Below, one piece after another: positions 33,611-44,010 of a stretch of DNA of 64,000 bases. The DNA is from Marsupella aquatica (lineage: Eukaryota; Plantae; Marchantiophyta). The stretch's first letter is position 1, and every line of letters begins with the position of its first letter. The notes under the pieces are model-generated. The model was not told the origin of the DNA and ran no database searches. It saw only the letters and a list, made by a program, of their open reading frames with translations. A program made the translations under genes and the position numbers. Location: NCBI GenBank assembly GCA_973895155.1, contig OZ316896.1, positions 20,448,754-20,512,753 of the forward strand, given 5' to 3'.

Positions 33611-36600
33611 CTAATAATTTCCAATGCTAAAATGCCCAAATTCATCTATTGTTTGATCACCTAGAACACTCTGTATCTCGGAATTGATACCACTGGGAAG
33701 TTGCTCTTCAAAGGATGGGGGTGCAAAAACTGGGCTCAGTCTCAAGTTCAGTTTTTTGTAATCTGATTTTGCCATTATCTTTGGAGCATCGTCTAGTGAT
33801 TCTATCATTCCAACCTTTGGTCCATTTCTCCATATAAAATGAGTTGCAGGACGGACTGTTTTCATATATCCAGTCCTGCCGATCTCGGATCCAGAATTTT
33901 GTGAAAATGATAATACTACGGGGCTTCCTGTAGAAGCACTTGTAAAAACCAATTTAGTCTCTAATGAGCAATATAGAGGAGACAGGGGAGGATTTGAAGC
34001 ACCTGCCTTCTCTTCTTCATTTGCAGCGGTCTCAGGTACTTGACGATCATCCTCCTTTGCAAGCGCAATGTCTGACATTTCTCCCAATTCTACTGCGTCA
34101 ATATTGCCTAGACCATCTGCGGTTGCCTTCCAATGTGCGTCCGATGTGGACGATGTAAGATCTGGGTCCGATTGGTGCATCCAATTCTCTACACCGGCAA
34201 AGGGATTTCTTGGTGGGTCACCCTCAGGTCGACCCACAACATCAGCCAACCCCACACCAAAGTAGGGAATACCTACCACTTGTGTTCCACGTTCATCCAA
34301 ATTTTGGGTGACCCTGTCGTCTGTGTCGTGACCCAATTCTCCTTCCTCAATATCATCTTCGCCCTGGTCTACGCCTTCTTTGGCACCAACATGCTCAGAA
34401 ACCCCATCGCGGGCTCTACCAAATTTGGAACCGCCCATCCGGTCACTCATTATGGAAGGAACTTTCTCGCAGAGAACCCTTCCATATGCCTGAGTGAAAT
34501 CATATTCATCCTCAGTGTCTGAATACGCAAAGCATTCTCTGAAACACAACAATGACACCTTCATAACCTGTCCTCCCGAGAAAAAGTCAAGTAGTCTCCC
34601 CTTCAGCCGAAAAAAATTCAATAATACTCTGCAGCATACATTTTGGCTTAGCGTGAATATTCACAAAGCCACCTCTACTTCCCACCATCTCAAACATGGG
34701 AGCCTTTCGTAAGAAATCTCCAATGTGAAATGCCGAAGTTGACTCAGTCTCTGTCTCCTTACTTGTCTTACTCTTATTCTTATCTTGCTTCTCCGTCTTG
34801 TCTTCCACTTGGAAATCAGGGTCAATCGCCGAATTGTAAGAAAATTGGCAATTAAATCCAGGCCTGAACACTTGCTTCCAATCAAATTTCTCCTCAGTGG
34901 TGATTCCTGCAAAGATTATCTCCTCCATACCACAACTGAAAAGTAAGCCCTCTGGAACTGGTGTATCACTCCGTCGATAGCTCCCGTAGTCGACGTGGAT
35001 GTCCATTCCCTTTTCATGTTGCAATTTCCTAAGGGCACTCAAAATGTTTGCAGCAAGTGGCCCCGGATGCACAGTCATGACAACAACAATTGTTGGATTT
35101 CTTGGAAGATCCACAATGTATTGCAGTAATGCAATTATTTCAGCATCGGTTCAAACATGTTGCCAGAGCCTACTGAAGTCAACAATGGCAAGAGGACACA
35201 AAGGCGAAGGCTCTTGTAGCATTTCCGGCATGGTCGTCTTCATCAAATTCTCACTAAAAAATGTCAAGAAAGGCTCCGTGCGAGAACGACCAATCCCACC
35301 AAATTCTTTACAATACAACCCATCTAGTCTGACCATCAGACTTTGTGGGAAACTCTCCTTGACCACATTCTTCTTCAATGAATTGTTGAGGTAAACCTCA
35401 CCCGCTGCTCTCCTCAATTTTGTCATCTCAAGCTCAGATTTCAAGGAAGGCAACAATATCACCAGAGACTCCCAAGATGTGCCAACAGGAAACTTCTCAC
35501 GATACTTTTCCACGAAATAGCCAATAATGACTGTTCTCAATTTGGACATTATCTTGATTGTAAGGGCCAAGTCTCCCATTGCGACAAGCTCTAATTTGTT
35601 GGTGATATCCTTCTTCAGCAAGACACGCTCCTCTTCAACGTCCTTCAAGATCTCAATTATCTGTTTGCTACTAATCTCTCCTTCAAAGCATCGAAAGGTA
35701 CCGGGAGTGATCAATTTTGGGGGTCTTGGCCCTCCATACCCACCAGCCCCGTCTTGGAGCTTCCCACTCAACCATTTTGCAGACACGTTCCGCCATAATT
35801 CAAAGAGCTCATCTTCGGCAAAAAGTAACCAATAAATGCTCTTTAGGCTTGACTTCCCCATTGTAACCTTTGCCAGGGCAAACCAATCCTGCATATCCAA
35901 TGGACTTGACATTAGTTTCAGGGTACAATGCATAAGTTAGAAAATTTATACCTATGTTTGAAACAGGCTAAGCCGCCTCGCCCCAAGGGCGTGGCGAACC
36001 TCTACATCTAACCGGAATTGACTGAAACGGAACTAGGGAATTATTCTTAGAGAGACTAGTCTAGGTTGCCTCGCCCTCAGGGCGAGGCAAACATTTGCTT
36101 TAATCTTCTAACCAAGGAAAACAAGAAAAGGTAGCCTCGCCCTTGGGGCGAGGCAAACCTCTACCATTGACAATCTTTAAACAAAGTGGATCAAGAATAG
36201 TTTGCGTTGCTCCAACATGTACCTGATAGTTTTTCCTATCTGTATTTTGATTGGTCCCAATCCCTGGACGCGGCGGTTTCCCGCACTCCTCAAACTGCCT
36301 TCGTGCATGAACAATAGTCTCTAAAAAACAAGACTTAAATTGCATAGTATCATTGACAGCATTCGATAAACTTGAATGCTCAACCAAAATTGTCTTCGGA
36401 GTGAGGTCAGATAGGATCCTTGCTTTCCTATACTTTAGTTTGTTGGCAAGATCTGTCAGCTTGGCGTCAGTCTCGGCCCACCCTTGGATCCATTGGGCAG
36501 CTCTTGCAGAATGCTGGCCACTGATGGCAAGGAATTGGATCTCATGCTTCTTCACACCAATCAAAAACTCTTTCCTATCCTGAGGTGTGTTGTCATAATG

Positions 36601-38680
36601 AAGCAACTGTTTAGTGCTCTCGCGATACGGAATCAAATCAGCAACTTGTGGTTCCTGTCCAGGGTTTTTCATCATAGACTTTGATATCTCCATTGCATGC
36701 GAAAGATTGAACATTCGATATACAAAAACGGCCGATGGCGGATTAATACTTTTTACAGGAATATCAAAAACTTTGCGGATGCCAAAAGTATAATACTGCT
36801 CAATATTACGCAAAACCTCTTGGCCTTTGAGCACATCATCTTCTTTGGGTCCTTCTGTCGGACACATATCATCCTCTGGATGCAAGACAAAGTTTGAAGT
36901 CGACCCTGACATTGGTTTTGATTTCGCAACCTTTGCCTTCTTTGTCTGCTTTTTTTGGGGGCCCTCATCATCTTCATTTTTTTAGCCATCTTCTTACGGC
37001 GTGAACTCCCAGATTGTTTCTCTTGTTGAACAACCGGCTCTTGAAGCTTTCGTTTCTTCTCTGTCTTTGATTGCGCACTTCTTTCCACTGTCTTCTTTCT
37101 CTCCTTTGCCTTATGCTTTGCTTCTTTTTTCTTCATCTCTGAAATCCACGTCCGGCACGCGGCCTCTTGAAACTCTGGACAAAAAATGAAACTCTTGTCG
37201 ATTGCTTGCTCGTATGAAAAATGTGCCTTATCAATCATCCTTTGAACTATCCAAGTAGACGGAGGGTCCACACTGTCCGCATTGTCATGCATGTGCTTCT
37301 TTACGTAGAGAAATCCAAACACTAGGTCAACTCCACTTATTTGAGAACGCGTCTTCTCAAACATCTGATCAATTGTTACTCCATCTGGGAAGAATCCCAT
37401 ATCAGCTACGCTTATCTCCAATCGAGCCATCCACTCAACATTCAGTAAAGTCGAGTAGAGTTTTATTGGCACTAGAAGTCTCATCCACTGAGATTTCTCA
37501 TTGGACTCAACAATAATCGTTGCATTGCGGTTGTTGTCCGTGTTCACAAGGACGACTGGACCTAGAGTAACAATTGTCTTGTTGTCATTCAATTGACTTG
37601 TGAGGCCCTTGAAACAAATCAAGAGACTGCCTTCCGCCGACACCCCAACTTCTAGTGCCCATCTAAATCCTGGAGTATCTTGGTCAGGGAAAACAAAGTC
37701 CTTGATATCCTCGTCCATAATATTTAACTCCGGCTTCTCAAGATTTTTTCCTGGTAAGAAACATTGAAAACAAAATGGTCAGCATCATATTTTTAACATT
37801 GACATGTGGAAAACTTTCAAGGTGCCTCGCCCTTGGGGCGAGGCGACAAATAGAAGATTGCAAAATCTTCTTTGCTCCTAGTGCAATTAGCCCTGCCACC
37901 TCATCCAAGCAATCAAACATTATTTAGGAATGCAGACGACATCGCCTCGCCTCAAGGGTGAGGCAACTTCTAGGAAAGCAAACAATATTTAGGAATGCAG
38001 ACAACATCGCCTCGCCCCAAGGGCGAGGCAACTTCTGGAAAGCAGACAACATTTAGGAATGCAGAGGACATCACCTCGCCCCAAGGGCGAGGCAACTTCT
38101 GGGAAAGCAGACAACATTTAGGAATGTAGAGGACATCGCCTCGCCCCAAGGGCGAGGCAACTTCTGGGAATGCAGACAACATTTAGGAATGCAGATAACA
38201 TCGCCTCGCCCCAAGGGCGAGGCAACTTCTGGGAATGCAGACTACATTTGAGGAATGCAGACGACATCGCCTCGCCCCAAGAGCGAGGCAAAAAATAGAA
38301 TATAGCTAAAGATCCTTTATTAATGTAAGATACAAGGTCCAATACGCCTTCGGAGCAACAAGAAATCTAGAATGAAGTAGACGTCGCCTCAACCTTGGGG
38401 CGAGGCGACTGCAAAGGAATATAGAAATTTTCCTAATAAGAAGTTTGAAATCCAAATTAAAGTAAAGTTGCGAGAGGGCGAGGCAAGAAGTTGAAGCAGG
38501 TGGTGCCTTACGTGGAAAAGTTAACTGGGCTTTCTTTGACGCCTCCAACGCATTGTTAACCAATTTTTGGACATTCGGGTCTTCAGGGTCATATTCATAC
38601 AGAGAGTTATAATTGAAGTTCAATGACTCTTGAGAACTGGCGGAGGTGGTGGAAGCTTCAGAACTGGAGGAAGTAGACAT
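33611..38680 (-). pseudogene. Large three-exon cargo gene: unknown N-terminal domain, ParB/Srx-like domain and beta-class N4/N6 DNA-methyltransferase-like fold; disrupted
   Basis: GT-AG exons 38680-38512, 37750-36223 and 35888-~33611 join in compatible phase. ParB-like FLAISGQHSARAA. MTase-like AIVDFSR...W.D....LL...L...PTIVVV and KPKCMLQSIIEFFSAEGET/LDFFSGG...R. Lesions: A-run frameshift ~36980, TGA at 35151-35153, frameshift ~34590. Confidence 0.55.
37921..38292. repeat. ~65-bp tandem repeat x6, each unit carrying the palindrome GCCTCGCCC-N3-GGGCGAGGC
   Basis: TTTAGGAATGCAGACAACATC-GCCTCGCCCCAAGGGCGAGGC-AACTTCTGGGAA repeated inside intron 1 of the cargo gene. Confidence 0.92.
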
Positions 38681-39842
38681 TGTAAGGGGTGAGTGAGATT
38701 TAAGATGACACATGGCAGCAATGGAGAATGCCACAGGCTGCAAGAGGGCACTAATAGGCAAACAATGATCGAGGGAGCGACCCAAAAGGGAAGGGAGCAA
38801 GGCGGAAATAAAACCCTTAGAGCAAGGCGGAAAACAAATCCCAAGAGCGAGGCAAAAACAAAAGCCCTAGAGCGAGGCAAGAGGGAGGCAAGGAGTGAGG
38901 AGACGAGAGAGGAGGCAAGAGGGAGGCAAGGAAATGAGGCCTCAAGCGCAAGGCCTGCCTTCCTATACCCCCTGCGAGCGAGAAGTCCGAGGAGGCAAGC
39001 ATCCGAGAGGGTACGGAGGCATCAATGCGCGCCAATGATGGAGACCCTCCTCGGTGCATGTGATCGTGAATCACCGATGGTGTGACCACTCACGACCACT
39101 CGCGACTCACCTACCAATTTTAAACTTCCGAGCTGTCAGCGGTGTGTGCTCGCAACTCACCTATCACTTGTGAGTGATTGGCTGACACCCTATCCGATGT
39201 CTACTTGTGTGCTGGGTGCGTGCCTCATCCACCCGTGCCCGATCTGTTGGTGTCCACTCGTGTGCTGGGTAATGTGTGGGCTTTTTGCCTCTCAAACTGA
39301 GTATAGACCTCCCACAATCCATTTTTTGGTTCATTGTCATTTAGACAGTGATTGGTACGATCACTGACTCTCCTCTGTCCGAGTGCCTTGTTTAGGTCCG
39401 CATGGTTGAATGCAAGGTTTAGTAAGGGCACTGGTGAGCACTGTGGTGCTAAGAGTTACAATGTTGGCATCCAAGGTACCCATTTAGCTTGTACAAGGGT
39501 GGACAGAGATATATTGCGGAGCAGGTTAGTGATTTTATTTATTTATCTTAGAAGTACTAGCTCAACTACATCTAATTCAATACCTTTAAGCCAAACCTAG
39601 ATTAAGATTTACACATTAGGTTCTAGATCATATATTTTACTCATTCTAGACCTTTATCCACAGTCTAGCATGTGTAGAACTTACTGTACCCCTTTATGTG
39701 ATTACTAACATAGTTTCTAGAAGTGGGTCAGAATTATTTTGTGCTGACCTGACTATGTCATCTTAACTAGCATTTTAAACTGGTATATAAAAGCATAAGC
39801 AAGATAGTTTCACAAATAGTTTTGACATAATTTCAACTTAAT

Positions 39843-40170
39843 AGTTGGAGTAGGGTCGAAATAATTCCGACCCAACTTATCAATGTTTAGTCAATTAAAT
39901 CATTTTAAGACATATTGTTGGAGGAGGGTCGAAATAATTCCGACCCGACTTGTAAATGTTTAGTCAATTCAATCATTTTAAGAAATATTGTTGGAGGAGG
40001 GTCAAAATAATTCCGACCCAACTTGTAAATGTTTAGTCAATTCAATCATTTCAAGACATATTGTTGGAGGAGGGTCGAAATAATTCCGACCCGACTTGTA
40101 AATGTTTAGTCAATTCAATCATTTCAAGACATAATGTTGGAGGAGGGTCGAAATAATTCCGACCTGACTT
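39843..40170. repeat. 73-bp tandem repeat, ~5 copies, each with the palindrome GGGTCG-N9-CGACCC
   Basis: GGGTCGAAATAATTCCGACCC (minor variants) at 39853, 39926, 39999, 40072 and 40145, just upstream of the transposase coding exon. Confidence 0.92.
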
Positions 40171-40285
40171 GAATGTATTTAGGGTTTTGAGTGATTTTAC
40201 AATATTTTTTGGAGGAGAGTCCAGATTTTGAAACATGATTGTAACAAGGGGAACTTAACAATTTCTAACTTTATTTGAATACAGA

Positions 40286-43200
40286 TAGTCCGCTATCATG
40301 ATCAATTTACACGAGGGGATGAAGTGTCATTGGTGATCGATGGATTTGAAATGGCAATTGGGATAGTTCAAAAGGTTGACCCCCAGGATACTATACAGAA
40401 CATTTGTCTAGGGGACAATCGAATTGGGGTATTGATCGAAAAGTGTTTTGATGGATCGCGTCAACTTCCATTTCCTTCGCCCAAATTTTCTACATTGGCT
40501 GAGGCAATTGACTCCTGCGTGATTTGGGATTGTGCATTGGCATACTTGAGGTCATCAACTCAGCGCCGAAGAATCAATGTCGATGATTTCTCTTTGGCTG
40601 GAGATGCTGGAAATGATAAATCCAAAATTGATGCAAGGGTTGAAGAGGACGTGTTCAAGGAAGGAGATGAAGTTCAGATGTTCATTTTTGATCAGTTGGT
40701 TGCAAATGGAGTTGTTTTCAAGACAAATCCGATGGATATTTGTCATACTGAAACACTCGGGGTTGGTCGCATCAGTATAAGAATATCTGATATTGTTAAG
40801 GGAAATCAAAAATTGCCATACTCGCACCCTGGAGCTGATACAATAGAAGAGGCCTTGCATACCTGGGTTATCTGGGATGTTGCGCATGTTTCTAGAAAGG
40901 GCACTCTTTGAGATTTTGGCGTGTTTGGTAGTTCAAATATTTTCAATGATCTTCCATTAAAAGATTTTACACTACGTTCCAACTGGATGGCGGAGGAGGT
41001 TGATTTGTATGACGCTTCTCATTGTCGAAAGGTTGCAACAGGTGTTATCACGGTCCCATTTGAAACAGGTGCCATTGACGATGAACTTCTTGGTGCAGAT
41101 GATGTTGGTGTTGCTGTTGTGAATATCAATGAACCCGGATTATTTCCAAATATCCGTGTTGGTACCCCTGGCTTGGTGAGGTGGGAAATCAAATCCCTTC
41201 TTATGATTTCGTCTCAAAGGTTTCTTGGGGATATCCTTGAGAAAGTTTCAGAGAAGTGGATGGAGTCGGGTCGAACTAAGGGCGATCCGGATTCGGATGG
41301 TGATGGTAAACCTACAAAAAGACCATACAATTTCATTAGGAGGACAAAAGTTGATCTTGAGGAGAGGAAGAAAAGGCATTTGGAGTCAAGGGCACTTTTG
41401 AAAATTAACGAGGAGTCCATTGATTCCATCCAAAGAGAAGGTTTTTGCAAGCTGAAGTGTTGCTTGAACATGCCCAGGGAGGACTTAGAGGCAATGAGGA
41501 GGGAATACCATGGAATGTCAAGTGACAACAAAACAAGTCACATCTTTAGTCTCTTTGGGTGTAGAGAGGAGCAAGTCAAGAGAAAGGGATTTTTTGTTCT
41601 AAAGGGACGTGTGGTTTGTAAAGATGCATTTATTAAAATGCATGGGTTCAGTACAACAAAGTACTATGACTACAAAAATCAATACGAAGCTGGTTGCACA
41701 ATTGGTTTCCATGGAAATCAGGGACAACGGAAGACACGATCAAGCACTTTGCACGCTCGCGCCTTGTTGGAGTCCATTTTAATCCAAAATGGGGAACCAA
41801 TGCCACATCTTCCCTATGGTGGGTCCAACGGCATTGACACTATTGAATATCGGCTCCCATCTTGTTTTACTAAGAAGGAGATTTTCCAAGAGGTGTTTAC
41901 CAAGATGGAATTAGATGGGTTTGCTAAGGTTACTGAAGTTACTATGTACAACATCTGGAAAAACTCATTTGATAATTTTGACTTTCACAAGGGAAGTGCA
42001 TTTGCCAAGTGCACATTTTGCACTGAGTTCAAAGATCAATTGATGCGGGAGAAGAGAAAAAAAGAGCGTGCAGAGATTGAAGAGAAAAGAGCGCGACATC
42101 TTCGTGAACAAATGTCAAGAAGATATGTTTACTATGCTCATAGGGTTCTTGCAAAGAAGGATCCTCAAAACTATCTTTGCATTATTCACGATAAGATGGA
42201 TCAAGCCAAGACTTGGATCCCCAGGTTGGTCCCCACTCCAAAATCCCTCTCTGGTAGTGGTCAGCCTTTGCCTATTGCTCTTACTGGGATGTTAACCCAT
42301 GGAAGAGATCCTGGAGTGTATGCACATTTCAGTTTGACTGGACTTTGGCCTGGAGATGCAGACTTTACCGTGACATCTTTGGCCAAATGCCTCTGAGATT
42401 TGGAAGATTACACAGGAGACAAAACTTGAGACCTTCTTGAGGGATTGAATTGGAATGCAACTAGGCCAATATTTCAGTCCCTTCTAGACTTTGAAGCATT
42501 TCTGGCCGGTTATTTGGAACCCAAAAATGTTTCAATTGTTCGATTTCAAGGCATTGAAGATGGTCAGGAGACTAAAAAGTCAAGCACAGTGGATGTTGGT
42601 TCTAAGGATGATCCTGAGACTACTAGGGGCTCTTTCAAGCCCTTACCAAGGCACCTAACGTTGCAGATGGACAATTCAGGGAAAGATAACAAAAATCAAT
42701 ATGTGATGGCATTTTGCACTGAGCTTGTTAGCAGGGGGGTGTTTGAAACTGTGCAAATGTCATTCCTCATGGTTGGCCACACCCATGAAGACGTGGATGC
42801 ATTATTTTCTCAAGTATCCAAACAGGTCAGATACAAAGAGGTTGCTACCCTCTTGGGGTTGATGGCTGAGGTTTGGGAGTGTGAAAGCATTCATCCTGTA
42901 CCACGATTGATTCAAGAGGTTGCATCTTACAAGGAGTATTTGAAAACTTTCCAGGTGAAAGAGATAGAAGGTCACTCAAAACCAGTGGCATTTCTTTTCT
43001 CCATGAGGGATAATGTGCCAGTGTATCAATATAAAGCACATGTCAAGCAACCTTGGCTTCCGGCAATGGGGAGGTCCATTTGGAGAACTGATCCCATCAC
43101 AAATGCGCTCATTTTACCGGAAGGCCAACCATTTGCAAAACCTATATCTGGGGATGTACAAAAGAAGGCTGGAGAAATCATCCCATTCCTTAATTGCTAT

Positions 43201-44010
43201 ATTGATTTCTTGAAGAAAAGTTGTAAGGATGAGACCTCTGCAGCATATAAAGAGAGATTTCCTCTGGTCAAATATTGGGAGAATCTTGTGCAAGCACTGT
43301 CCGAGGAACTTACAACAGAAGGGGAGGGGGAAAGACATTTGCCATTGACAACTGATTTTTGGCCAAAGACTAACCATGGCACAGGTTACAAGATGATTTT
43401 GGGGACATCTCAGCCGTCAAGTGAACCTTCTCAAAATCCAGAGATGATGGACCTTCAAAATGAGTACATGGAAGAGATGGAAGATCAAGCTACACCCTTT
43501 GTTGGTGCACGACAAGAGCGAGAACCTGCACGTTGGATTCCTCTACAAGATATTCAAGAAGGTCACTTTGTATTTTTACGTCCAGAGGATGAATGGGAAC
43601 AGGAAAATGGCAAAGGGCATTTCTGGTTGGTTCGAGCTTTGGGTGGTGTGGATCCAAACCATGAGGTTCCCGCAACAGATTTGCAACATATTGAAGGGTC
43701 TTCTTCAACGTCTATTGAGAGCATTCCTCTTAGGAATGCTCCTATGTTCCAAGTACAATGGTGGAGGCCTAAACATGGTAAGCATGATGCAAAGGATGAT
43801 GTTCGATATGAACGTTGCTTTCAAACCACTAAGACTTGGGAGCTGGATCATGGGTTTGACAATGTTACTCAAAGTTGGCAGTTTGCAAATTCTGCAATGT
43901 ATGGGTTTAAGTCAGGTGTTAAAGAACAAAATATTATGGATAGAGGTTTGACAATTCCTAAGAATGTTTTGAAAACTCTCAAATTTACATGGAAGGTATA
44001 ATTGATGAGT
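40286..44010 (+). pseudogene. Sola-like DDD transposase with three N-terminal Tnp1/EnSpm-like repeats; nonsense-disrupted
   Basis: Same motifs as 20-3328. In-frame TGA at 40909, 42394 and ~42427, and a frameshift near 43985. Acceptor TACAG at 40281-40285. Confidence 0.85.

Noticed and set aside
34580-36990. Programmed frameshifting or readthrough in the ParB/MTase-like gene
   Set aside because: The neighbouring transposase has similar random stops and a frameshift, so decay is the simpler explanation.
37921-40170. Palindrome arrays as CRISPR repeats
   Set aside because: The sequences between palindromes are near-identical rather than unique spacers, and there are no cas genes.
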